DNA from: an uncultured Oscillibacter sp.
GTDB lineage: Bacteria > Bacillota > Clostridia > Oscillospirales > Oscillospiraceae
Assembly (NCBI GenBank): GCA_902490355.1
Contig: CABUDN010000001.1
Coordinates: forward strand, 6,375 to 70,374
Length of the DNA stretch: 64,000 nucleotides
Direction of reading: 5' to 3'
The notes beneath the pieces were generated by a model. That model was not told the origin of the DNA, made no database searches, and was given only the letters and a program-made list of their open reading frames with translations. Both the position numbers and the translations under genes were made by a program. Below are positions 40,347-49,584 of this stretch, piece after piece (the first letter of the stretch is position 1; each line of letters opens with the position of its first letter).

Positions 40347-40859
40347 ATGGAGGTTATGGAGGCGCTGCTCCAGCGCCAAAGCGTGAAATCCTATCTGCCC
40401 ACTCCGGTGGAACCGGAAAAGCTTGCGCAGGTTTTGGAAGCCGGGCGGCTGGCGCCGTCCGCGTTCAACCACCAGTACCGCCGCTTCATTGTGGTGGATG
40501 ATCCCGCCGTCAAGCATCTGCTGCGGGAAAAAGCCGGTGCCCAGCCCATGATTGAGGAGGCCCCTGTGGTGCTGGTCCTGTGCGCCACGGAGGAAACGGA
40601 CTTTGTCATGCCCTGCGGCGAGTGCAGCGCCCCCATCGACATGGCTCTGTGCGGCGCCTATATGATGCTCCAGGCCTGTGCGCTGGGCCTGGGGACGTGC
40701 TGGCTGGGCGCCTTTGACGCCCAGGCGGTCAAAGACGTTCTGAAGATTCCCCCGCAGGCGCGGGTCATCACCATGATGCCCCTGGGCTACCACGACGGAA
40801 CCCAGCCCCGCAAACCCCGCAAGCCCCTGGACGAAATTGTGGGGCATAACTGCTATTGA
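40347..40859 (+). CDS. Nitroreductase family protein
   Basis: RQSVKSY, APSAFNHQ, GLGTCWLG, PRK. Confidence 0.9.
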   Translation: MEVMEALLQRQSVKSYLPTPVEPEKLAQVLEAGRLAPSAFNHQYRRFIVVDDPAVKHLLREKAGAQPMIEEAPVVLVLCATEETDFVMPCGECSAPIDMALCGAYMMLQACALGLGTCWLGAFDAQAVKDVLKIPPQARVITMMPLGYHDGTQPRKPRKPLDEIVGHNCY

Positions 40860-40891
40860 GAGGAGGGGCCGTTTCACCGGTCCAACAGGTC

Positions 40892-41758
40892 ATGAATGAG
40901 CGAAATCAGGCGGTGGCGCTGATGCTGCTCTCCGCCCTATCCTTTTCCCTGATGCAGGCGGTGGTCAAACTCTCCGCCACCCATATCGGCACCATGGAAC
41001 AGGTCTTTTGCCGCAATCTCATCAGCATGGCAATCTCCTTTGTCCTGCTGCGGCGCAGCCACCTGCCGCTGCTGGGCGGCCGGAAATACCAGCCGGCCCT
41101 GCTGGCCCGGTCGTTTTTCGGCTTCATCGGCGTGGTCATGCTCTTTTATGCCACCGCCGGTGCCCGGCAGGCCGACATCGCCGTGCTCAACCGCACCTCT
41201 CCCATCTGGGTGAGCCTGTTTGCCCTGCTGATCCTGCGGGAACGGATCTCCAAGGTGCAGATCCCGGTCATTTTGCTCTGTCTTGCCGGAGCCGTTGCAG
41301 CCATGCGCCCCTCGTTTGACTCCAACACACTGCCCCTGGTACTGGCCCTTTTGACTGCGGTCAGCAGCGGTCTTGCCTATACCATGATCGCCTTTTGCCG
41401 CGGCCAGGTGGCTCCCATGACTGTGATCTTCCACTTTTCCCTGTTCAGTACCATCGCCGCCGGTTTTTTGATGATCCCCAGTTTTGTGGTCCCCACACCC
41501 CGGGATCTCATCATGCTGATTCTCATCGGCATCTTCGGCGCCGGCGGCCAGATCGGCCTGACCTATGCCTACCAAAAGGCCCCGGCGGCAGAAGTGAGCA
41601 TTTATGACTACTCCGGCATCATCTTTTCCGCAATCTTGGGATATGTCCTGCTGGGCGAATCCCTGTCCCTGTCCACCATCGTGGGCGCTGCCCTCATCAC
41701 CGCCGGCGGGCTCTGGTCCTACTGCGCCAACCGGAAACAGGCCGCAGCCAACCGGTAA
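40892..41758 (+). CDS. DMT/EamA family transporter
   Basis: About 10 TM segments; LRERI, AY..APA..VS..DY; start approximate. Confidence 0.88.
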   Translation: MNERNQAVALMLLSALSFSLMQAVVKLSATHIGTMEQVFCRNLISMAISFVLLRRSHLPLLGGRKYQPALLARSFFGFIGVVMLFYATAGARQADIAVLNRTSPIWVSLFALLILRERISKVQIPVILLCLAGAVAAMRPSFDSNTLPLVLALLTAVSSGLAYTMIAFCRGQVAPMTVIFHFSLFSTIAAGFLMIPSFVVPTPRDLIMLILIGIFGAGGQIGLTYAYQKAPAAEVSIYDYSGIIFSAILGYVLLGESLSLSTIVGAALITAGGLWSYCANRKQAAANR

Positions 41759-41807
41759 CCGTTCGTATTTGACGCAATGCCGCAATCATTGAAGGAGGTA
41801 ACAATTT

Positions 41808-42197
41808 ATGGCACCCAAAAAAATTCAGGTCATCCCCAACGGCGACTCTCTGAAAACCAAGTGGTCCCGGGCCATTCGCTACGGCGACCTCATTTTCACC
41901 ACGGCCCACTCCGCCGCCCGGCCCGACGGCACCATGCCCACCACACCGGAAGAGCAGATCCGCGGCTGCTTTGAGAGCCTGAAAAACACGCTGGAAGGCG
42001 GCGGCTCCGGCATGGACATGGTCCTGCACTGCGACTGCTTCCTGGCCCACCGGGAGGATTTTGCCCTGATGAATCAGATTTTTGACGAGTACTTCCTGGG
42101 TGCGGATGTCCCCACCACCCGCAGCGTCATGGAAGTGACCTTCACCGCCCCCAAATTCCTCTTTGAAATTCAGGCGGTGGCCGGCGTCAAGGACTGA
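41808..42197 (+). CDS. RidA/YjgF family protein
   Basis: WSRAI, EEQ, DF..MN, PTTRS, EIQAVA. Confidence 0.85.
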   Translation: MAPKKIQVIPNGDSLKTKWSRAIRYGDLIFTTAHSAARPDGTMPTTPEEQIRGCFESLKNTLEGGGSGMDMVLHCDCFLAHREDFALMNQIFDEYFLGADVPTTRSVMEVTFTAPKFLFEIQAVAGVKD

Positions 42198-42215
42198 CCT
42201 GTGCGCACACAAGCC

Positions 42216-42250
42216 AAACGCCCGCATCCCAATGGGATGCGGGCGTTTTT
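42216..42250. terminator. Intrinsic terminator between convergent operons
   Basis: AAACGCCCGCATCCCA-a-TGGGATGCGGGCGTTTTT. Confidence 0.85.
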
Positions 42251-42305
42251 GGTTTTTATGCACGCGGCCCACGCAGGCAGGCAAGCCTCTGCTCCGGGCG
42301 GCAGC

Positions 42306-43178
42306 TTACCCCCGGAACGGATAGGTGGGCGCGCCTTTGACGCCTACCTTGGCCCGGAAGACGCTGCCGGCCAGGGGATACTGATCCAGATCCGTCCCCT
42401 GGGTACCGGTGGTGATGAACAAGTCCTCCATCTCCGGTCCGCCAAAGCAGGCGCAGGTCACATTGGGGCAGGGCAGCTCCACCCGGTCCAGCACCGCGCC
42501 GGTTTCCGGATCAAAGCGCAGCACGGCGCCGCCGCCGAACATGGCGACCCAGAGCTTTCCCTCGCAGTCAATGGTCATGCCGTCGGGCAGTCCCAGCTCC
42601 GCCGGAATGGCGAAAGCCTCCCGGCCGTTGGAAAGGCTCCGCGTATCCGGGTCAAAATCAAACACCTGCACATTGTGGAGCATGGTGTCGATGTAGTAAA
42701 ACGTCCTGCCGTCCCGGCTCCAGGCCAGGCCGTTGCCAAGATACAGCCCCGTGAGCATGGTCTTGACCTGTCCCTGGGGATTCATGCAGTAAAGCCCCGC
42801 CTCCGGCTGAGCCTCTCCGGCGCCGGAATCCAGGCTGCGGCTCATGTTGCCGATCCAGAGGTTGCCGAAGGGGTCCGCCTTGCCGTCATTGCAGCGGGTG
42901 ACGGGATTGGGCTCCGGATCACAGAGAAAGCGCTTTTCCCCGCTGTCCAGGTCCACGGCATACCAGCCGCTGAGCAGTCCCGCCACCATGCCGCCGTCTG
43001 CCCGGGGCACCGCGCAGCCGATATTCTCCCCCACATCCACGGTGGTCAGCGTTCCGTTGTCCCAGGTGTGGATGCAGTTGCCGAACACATCCACAAACCG
43101 CAGGCACTGCCGCTGTGCATCCCACACAGGACCTTCGCCGTTGATGCACCGGCACTGGATGTACAGTTCCGCTTTCAC
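42306..43178 (-). CDS. SMP-30/gluconolactonase family protein
   Basis: GEGPVWD, RCNDG, NGLAWS, PDGMTID, FGGP. Confidence 0.93.
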   Translation of the reverse strand: MKAELYIQCRCINGEGPVWDAQRQCLRFVDVFGNCIHTWDNGTLTTVDVGENIGCAVPRADGGMVAGLLSGWYAVDLDSGEKRFLCDPEPNPVTRCNDGKADPFGNLWIGNMSRSLDSGAGEAQPEAGLYCMNPQGQVKTMLTGLYLGNGLAWSRDGRTFYYIDTMLHNVQVFDFDPDTRSLSNGREAFAIPAELGLPDGMTIDCEGKLWVAMFGGGAVLRFDPETGAVLDRVELPCPNVTCACFGGPEMEDLFITTGTQGTDLDQYPLAGSVFRAKVGVKGAPTYPFRG

Positions 43179-43179
43179 G

Positions 43180-44028
43180 TCAGTTTTCCTCCTGGGTGTT
43201 GTGTTTCATCTTTTCCGCCGAAGCGTCAAAGGCATAGTACTTGGGAATCGTGCCGAACTCCATGCCGCCGGAGACGTTGAGCGTCACGCCGGTGATGTAG
43301 CTGGCCCAGGAGCTGGCCAAAAACAGCGCCGCCGTTCCGACCTCCTCCGGCGTCCCGCCCCGGCCCAGCCAGGAGTAGTGGTTGCAGCGGTCCAGATAGG
43401 CCTCGGGGTCCGCTACCCGCTCCATCTCCTTGTAGACGATCTCCGTCATGATATGGCCCGGGCAGATGGCATTCACCCGCACGCCGTGGCGGGCCTCCTC
43501 AATGGCAATGGTCTGGGTCATGGAGTTGATGCCGCCCTTGGTGGAGGAGTATCCGGCCGTCTGCTCCTGGCCCACCTTGGAGAGGATGCTGGACATGTTG
43601 ATGATGGACCCCTTGGTCTTGCGCAGATGGGGAATGGCGAATTTGCAGCCGTAAAACTCGCCCATGAGGTTGGTGCCCAGCACCCGCTGATAGCTCTCGA
43701 TGCTCATATCGCAGGCGTCCATATGGATGGGGTTGTATCCGGCGTTGTTGACCATGGTGTCCAGTCGGCCGTACCGCTCCACTGCAAACTCCACCAGGGC
43801 CTTGACCTGATCGGGATCGGACACATCGCACTGGAAGAACACGCATTCTCCCTTGCCCATGGCGTTGAGCTCCGCCGCCGCGGCCTCTCCTTTTTCCTTC
43901 CGGCGGGCGGCGATTACCACACGCATGCCCGCCTGGCAGAACACCTTGGCGCAGCCAAACCCGATGCCGGTGTTGCCGCCGGTGACAATGGCCACCTTTC
44001 CCCGCATTTCTTCTTCAATGGGAATCAT
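43180..44028 (-). CDS. SDR family oxidoreductase
   Basis: TGGNTGIG, NNAG, YSSTK, VRVNAICPG. Confidence 0.95.
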   Translation of the reverse strand: MIPIEEEMRGKVAIVTGGNTGIGFGCAKVFCQAGMRVVIAARRKEKGEAAAAELNAMGKGECVFFQCDVSDPDQVKALVEFAVERYGRLDTMVNNAGYNPIHMDACDMSIESYQRVLGTNLMGEFYGCKFAIPHLRKTKGSIINMSSILSKVGQEQTAGYSSTKGGINSMTQTIAIEEARHGVRVNAICPGHIMTEIVYKEMERVADPEAYLDRCNHYSWLGRGGTPEEVGTAALFLASSWASYITGVTLNVSGGMEFGTIPKYYAFDASAEKMKHNTQEEN

Positions 44029-44061
44029 GGCAGTTTCCTCCTGTTTTACGCTGGTTTTTCG

Positions 44062-45060
44062 TTACTGGTTTTTGATGGCATCGTCAAAGGCCACGTCCGA
44101 AGCGGAGAAGTTGATCTTCTTGGTGAAGGCACAGGCCTCCGTGCCGCCGAATACCCGCTCCATGCCGCTGTCCTCCCACTCGATGGACAGAGGGCCGGTA
44201 TAGCCAATCTGATTGAGGGCCCGGATGATGTTGTCGAAATCCACATCGCCGTGGCCGGGGGAGACGAAGTTCCAGCCCCGGCGCTGATCGCCGAAGGTAA
44301 TGTGGGAACCGAGAATCCCGTTGCGGCCGTTGAGGTTGAGCTTCACATCCTTGACGTGAACGTGATAGATCCGGTCGGCGAAGTCCAGCAGGAACATCTG
44401 GGGATCCAGGCCCTGCCAGACCAGATGGCTGGGATCAAAGTTGATCCCCAGGGTGGGACGGCGGTCAAAGGTGTCCAGGAGCTTTTTCGTGCTCCAGTAG
44501 TCAAAGGCGATCTCCGTGGGATGGATCTCCAGGGCCAGCTTGACGCCGCAGCGGTCAAACTCGTCCATGATGGGACTCCACAGCGCCTTGACCTGCTGAT
44601 ACCCCGCCTCCACCTGGGCCTCGGAGGTCTGGGGGAAGGAGTACCAGAACTTCCAGATGGGGGAGCCCATGAAGAAGGTGACCACATCCACGCCCATGGC
44701 CTTGGCCGCCCGGGCAGTGTCTTTCATCGCCTCGATGGCCCAGGCCTGAATGGCCTCAGGCTTTCCGGCCAGCTCTGCGGGTGCAAAGCCGTCCAGGCGG
44801 GAGTCATAGGCCCCCGGCAGGGTGTCGCACACGCACTGGCCCGCCAAATGGTTGCTGATGGACCAGCAGCCCAGGCCGTACCGGGCCAGGGTGTCCTTCA
44901 CTTCCTGCACATAGGCCGGGTCGGAGGCCGCCCGCTTCATGTCCAGGTGGGCAGCGGAGAGTTCCAGTCCCTCATAGCCCATCTTCTGCGCCAGGGCGCA
45001 GATTTCTTCCAGGGGCAAATCGCCCCACTGAATCGTAAACAATGTCACCGGTCTTGCCAT
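44062..45060 (-). CDS. Sugar phosphate isomerase/epimerase family TIM-barrel (IolE/AP-endonuclease-like)
   Basis: LEIHP, NFDPSHL, HVHVKD, SIEWED. Confidence 0.9.
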   Translation of the reverse strand: MARPVTLFTIQWGDLPLEEICALAQKMGYEGLELSAAHLDMKRAASDPAYVQEVKDTLARYGLGCWSISNHLAGQCVCDTLPGAYDSRLDGFAPAELAGKPEAIQAWAIEAMKDTARAAKAMGVDVVTFFMGSPIWKFWYSFPQTSEAQVEAGYQQVKALWSPIMDEFDRCGVKLALEIHPTEIAFDYWSTKKLLDTFDRRPTLGINFDPSHLVWQGLDPQMFLLDFADRIYHVHVKDVKLNLNGRNGILGSHITFGDQRRGWNFVSPGHGDVDFDNIIRALNQIGYTGPLSIEWEDSGMERVFGGTEACAFTKKINFSASDVAFDDAIKNQ

Positions 45061-45092
45061 ATGGATCTGCTCCTTTCTATGTTCACGTACGC

Positions 45093-46238
45093 TCAGCGGT
45101 CAATGGGAACCCAGACATTGCCCTGGCGGTTGCTCTCCAGGCAGGCCTCCACAAAGGCCAGTCCGTCGGCGCCGTCGGAAATGGTGGGATAGTCAATGAG
45201 GTCCGGGGTAAAGGTCCCGTCCGCCTTGGCCCGCACGCACTGGGCAAAGCTGCGGTACAGGTTGCCCATGGCCTCCAGCCAGCCCTCGCCGTGACCGGCG
45301 GGCAGGCGGCCGTACTGGGCAGCCTTGGGCGTCACGGCCCCATAGCCCCGGTGGATTTCCCGGATGGTGCCGTCGTTGTCAATGACGGTGATCTTCTCCG
45401 GCGTCTCCTGGAACCAGAGGATGGTCCCCTTGCTGCCGTATACCCGCAGGCGCAGGCTGTTGTCCGCGCCGATGGCCACCTGGCTGGTCCAGTAAATGCC
45501 GGAGGCGCCGTTGGTATACTCCACCAGCACGGAGTCGTTGTCGTCCAGTACCCGGCCGGGCACGATGACGTCCATCTTGGCCAGGACCCGGCGGATCTTC
45601 AACCCCGTCACATCCGCCACGATGTTTTCCACATGGGTGCCCAGATCGCCCAGGCAGTTGACGCCGCCGGAGCGGGCCGGATCGCAGCGCCACTCGCCCT
45701 GCTTTCCGCCGTGGTCGTCCTCATGGGCCAGCCACCCCTGGGGGTACTCCGCCATGACGGCCCGAACTTCGCCGATGGCCCCGGAGGCCACCAGATCCCG
45801 GGCATACTTGGTGGTCACATGGCCGGTATAGGTGTAGGTCACCATGAAGAGAAGCCCCTTCTCCTTGGCCAACGCTTCCAGTTCCGCCGCCTGGGCATAG
45901 GTGACGGTCACCGGTTTATCGCAGGAAACATGGATGCCCGCGTTCAAAAAGGCCTTGCAGATCTCATAGTGGGAGACATTGGGCGTCACCACCACCACAA
46001 AGTCGATGCCGTCCTCCCGGGCCGCTTCCTTCTCCGCCATCTCCCGATAATCGGCGTAGCAGCGGGCCGGGTCCACTCCCAGCTCCTGAGCCGTCTGCCG
46101 GGACTTTTCCGGATGGGAGGAGAAGACACCGGCCACCAGCTGCGCAGTGCTGTCCAGAGCAATGGCCCGGCGGTGGGCATCCCCGATAAAGGACCCGGGG
46201 CCGCCGCCTACCATTCCATAACGCAGAACCTTGTTCAT
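45093..46238 (-). CDS. Gfo/Idh/MocA family oxidoreductase
   Basis: GMVGGG..SFIG..H, TPN, CDKP, YPQGWL, DLGTH; AAGGAG before ATG 46238. Confidence 0.93.
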   Translation of the reverse strand: MNKVLRYGMVGGGPGSFIGDAHRRAIALDSTAQLVAGVFSSHPEKSRQTAQELGVDPARCYADYREMAEKEAAREDGIDFVVVVTPNVSHYEICKAFLNAGIHVSCDKPVTVTYAQAAELEALAKEKGLLFMVTYTYTGHVTTKYARDLVASGAIGEVRAVMAEYPQGWLAHEDDHGGKQGEWRCDPARSGGVNCLGDLGTHVENIVADVTGLKIRRVLAKMDVIVPGRVLDDNDSVLVEYTNGASGIYWTSQVAIGADNSLRLRVYGSKGTILWFQETPEKITVIDNDGTIREIHRGYGAVTPKAAQYGRLPAGHGEGWLEAMGNLYRSFAQCVRAKADGTFTPDLIDYPTISDGADGLAFVEACLESNRQGNVWVPIDR

Positions 46239-46379
46239 TTTGACATACTCCTTTCTGCTTTTTCGCCTCCGGGTTGGTTGCTTTTCATAGCTGCATCGTA
46301 CCATGGAGCGATGAAATCCGCTCCCACAAAGTTGCCGAAATCAGGTGACAAATTTGCGGTTTTGGAGTATGCTGATGCC

Positions 46380-47315
46380 ATGAAGTACGAATATGAATTG
46401 ATCTCCCATGACTATATCCGCGGCTTTCATCTCTTTTTAGTTCGCATTTTATACAGAACGCCCCATCTGCACCGGGAATTTGAGGTGAATTTGATTCTGG
46501 AAGGAACGGTGGAAATTCGATCCCAGGGGGCGTCCTATCACGCCGGGGAAGGGGACTTCTTTGTCTTTGACCCCTATCAGCCCCATGAGCTCCAGGCTCT
46601 GGAGAGCTCCGTGCTGATTCTCTCCATCCAGATTTCGCCCGCTTTCTTCAGCGGGTACTTTCCGCAGATGGAATCCGTCCGCTTCGGCACCGAGATGTTT
46701 CACCGGACCGCCTCCCCCCGGCACCAGGCCATTTATCGGGAAATCCTGGAAACCACCCGGGACTACTGCCGAAAATCCCCCTTTTATGAGCTGGACTGCG
46801 CCCGCAGTCTCAACGCGCTGTTCCGACATCTGCTGGATGTATCGGCATACACCATCGTATCCGAGGCAGACCGCCCCGCCCAGCGCACCCGGCAGGAGCG
46901 GGTACGGTATCTGGCGGAACGGATCGAGGCGGGCTTTTGTGAAAAACTGCTGCTGGGAGACCTGGCCCGGGAGCTGGGCGTCAACGTTTACTACCTCTCC
47001 CATTTTTTCCGGGAGCAATTCGGGCTTTCTTTCCAGGAGTATGTGGGCAAGCTGCGGTGTGAAAAAGCCCGCCGGGAACTGCTTCTGACCGATCGCTCCT
47101 TGCTGGACATCAGCCTTGCCTGCGGGTTCTCCAGTCCCAAATACTTTCAGCGTGCCTTTGCCCGGCAATACGGCGCCGCGCCCCGGGAATACCGCCGCCT
47201 GGCCCCGCGGGAATCCGAAGCCCGGCAAACTCCCGGCGTGCTGACCTCACAGGAGTTTCTTTCCGATGAGCAGAGTCTTTCCATTGTGCAGCAGCTGTTG
47301 AAACCAGCCACATAA
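46380..47315 (+). CDS. AraC family transcriptional regulator
   Basis: Cupin HLHREFE; YYLSHFF...CGFSSPKYF.RAF...G..PREYR; true start about 46380. Confidence 0.92.
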   Translation: MKYEYELISHDYIRGFHLFLVRILYRTPHLHREFEVNLILEGTVEIRSQGASYHAGEGDFFVFDPYQPHELQALESSVLILSIQISPAFFSGYFPQMESVRFGTEMFHRTASPRHQAIYREILETTRDYCRKSPFYELDCARSLNALFRHLLDVSAYTIVSEADRPAQRTRQERVRYLAERIEAGFCEKLLLGDLARELGVNVYYLSHFFREQFGLSFQEYVGKLRCEKARRELLLTDRSLLDISLACGFSSPKYFQRAFARQYGAAPREYRRLAPRESEARQTPGVLTSQEFLSDEQSLSIVQQLLKPAT

Positions 47316-47501
47316 TCACACCGGAACCCGGCCGCTGTGACCCGTTTCCCTCCGGGGCAGGTTCCAGTGGACTGGTCATGCCCGTTAACAGCTCTTGCCC
47401 TATACATCAGCAGGCCCTCCGGCGCATTGCCGGAGGGCCTGCTTTTTACAAACTGCGGCACCATTGCCCAGTGCTTCTCCCTGTGTTCGTACCCGTATTT
47501 T

Positions 47502-49334
47502 TCAGGCAGCGGCTGTGCGTGTGCTGCTGTCAATCGCCCCGGAATTCTCAGGTGCTTCGAAGCATGCCGCCTGGCAGATTTCCTGATCCAGGTATTCCTC
47601 CAGCCCCCGCGTCAGCTCCGCCAGGGACTCCGGCTCCAGCATATTGCGCAGTCCCGCAGCTTCCACCGCTCCCACATATCCCTGCGTGTCCGTCTGCGCC
47701 ACCAAATCCAGATAAATTTCCGTGCCCTGGTCAAAATCCTTCCAGGACCGCAGCAGCAGCTCCAGCGCGTTGGCCGCAGACGTTCCATAGCTGACATAGT
47801 AGCAGGGGCTTCCAAACAAATGCGGAACCAGCTCCCAGCCATAGGTCGTCTGTGCAAAATCGGACGTCTCTCCGCTGCGCACGCACAGCTCATGGTAATA
47901 TGCGTTGAGCTGATCCAGCGTCAGGTCCTGATCGGTGTACGCTTTGAGCTCAAAGGCGCCCAGCCGGGCGGCATCCATGATGGCTCCCAGCAGATTGTAC
48001 ACCTCTATCCAGCGCAGGGCGGCGGCATATTCCGGCCCCACCAGCTCCCGGGCAAAGGAGAGATACAGCGTCTCCAGGCCCTGCGAGGCAATCTCCGCGC
48101 TGTCTATGCAGGACGCGAGGTTGGGTGCCAGACAGTCATCGGCAAAATGGCCGAACTCATGTACCAGCGTGAACGGGTCCAAGTTATCCGGACTCAGATA
48201 CACCAGAGCCGACTGATAGGCCGGAAGATCAATGGTATAGGCCTCCTGGGACTTGCTGTCCAGGACTTCCGCATCCAGGAGTCCATTGTCCAGCATATAG
48301 GCAAACACGTCCGCCAGATCCTGAGAAATTTTCCCCAGGCAGGGCTGGACCATGTCCACCAGCTCCTGCTCCGTCCGGCCGTACAGCAGGCCATCCACGG
48401 CCGCCAGGTCCAGCGCCGGATCATGGCCCGCTTCCCTCCAGCTTGCAACCAGAGGCGTCATTTGCTCCATCGCCGCCCGGCAAAACGCCAACGCCTGTTC
48501 CGGCGTGTAGTCCCGGCCATAGAGATTGGGATAGGCATAAGCCGCATAATTCTCGTAGCCCAGGCTCCGGGCAAACTCGTTGCGCAGCTTCACCAATTCC
48601 AGATACACACCGCCCAGCTCCGCGTTGGTTTCGGCGCACAGCGTTTCGTGAAGCCGCCGGTAGTCCGCTTCGGACAGCGTTCCGTCCGCATAGGCCGCAA
48701 GCAGGGAGCTTTCCTGATAGGTCACACCCCGATCCGTCACCGTGCAGCGCTCCTCACGGGTTCCCAGCATCCGCTGGTAAGTATGGACCAGCTCCGTCTC
48801 CCGGTCCAGCATGTCCAGCTGTTCCTGGGTATAGGCAGGCGGCATCTGCTCTTCGCCGTCATCCCCCAGATAAGCCCGCACCTCCGGTCCGGGATTGGTC
48901 TGCAGCAGGTCCTGCCGGGCCTGTGCATAAAGTCCGAACGCCCGGTTGGCCGCGCTGTTCCAGGCCGCGTGCAGCTCCCCGAAACGCTCTACCTCCCGGG
49001 AGGAGGCCCATTGGGCAAAGGCCTGATCGGTCTGGATCTGGATGAGCGTTTGTTCCGCCTGATTCAATCGGTCCAAAAGCTCCCGCGTTCCCGCCCGGCC
49101 GCGGGCAGCCTGCACCAGCTGCGCAAGCTGCGTATCCAGACTTTGGAGCGATTGCTCCGGATCCCGGTCCTGCCAGTCGGTAAACGCCTGGGCGGGAACG
49201 TCCATAGGCCATTGGGAAAACCGTCCCGCCTTCCGTCCAAAGCCCGGTCCCCATAACACCCCGTCCAGCACAATTGCTGCCAGTACCGCCAGGGCCAGCA
49301 GGGAAGTCCGCAGAGGTTGCGTCAGTCTCTTCAT
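47502..49334 (-). CDS. M3-like zinc oligopeptidase with N-terminal membrane anchor/signal
   Basis: HEFGH, EIASQ, ARSLGY, PH...PCYYVSY. Confidence 0.8.
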   Translation of the reverse strand: MKRLTQPLRTSLLALAVLAAIVLDGVLWGPGFGRKAGRFSQWPMDVPAQAFTDWQDRDPEQSLQSLDTQLAQLVQAARGRAGTRELLDRLNQAEQTLIQIQTDQAFAQWASSREVERFGELHAAWNSAANRAFGLYAQARQDLLQTNPGPEVRAYLGDDGEEQMPPAYTQEQLDMLDRETELVHTYQRMLGTREERCTVTDRGVTYQESSLLAAYADGTLSEADYRRLHETLCAETNAELGGVYLELVKLRNEFARSLGYENYAAYAYPNLYGRDYTPEQALAFCRAAMEQMTPLVASWREAGHDPALDLAAVDGLLYGRTEQELVDMVQPCLGKISQDLADVFAYMLDNGLLDAEVLDSKSQEAYTIDLPAYQSALVYLSPDNLDPFTLVHEFGHFADDCLAPNLASCIDSAEIASQGLETLYLSFARELVGPEYAAALRWIEVYNLLGAIMDAARLGAFELKAYTDQDLTLDQLNAYYHELCVRSGETSDFAQTTYGWELVPHLFGSPCYYVSYGTSAANALELLLRSWKDFDQGTEIYLDLVAQTDTQGYVGAVEAAGLRNMLEPESLAELTRGLEEYLDQEICQAACFEAPENSGAIDSSTRTAAA

Positions 49335-49584
49335 GGGCATATCTCCTTATTGATCTGCGCATCGGCGCAGGATTTTTCGCCGGTGATGCGGAAATTGGCC
49401 CTCATTGTACTGGCTGCGCATTTCCTTTGCAACCCTATTTTTGCCGTGAATTTGTAACACTTCCCAAACTTTGGAATCTTCTTGCAGGAATCAGGCCCTC
49501 ATGCGTTCCTCTCCCAGAGCACACAGTCTCCGCCGGAAGTTTCTCTTCCGGCGGAGACTGCATGCTTTTGATTCTGCTGATTGC

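Noticed and set aside
45042..46379. N-terminal extension making a 757-aa AraC protein
   Set aside because: The extension overlaps the Gfo/Idh/MocA gene on the opposite strand; AraC-like sequence begins at about 46380
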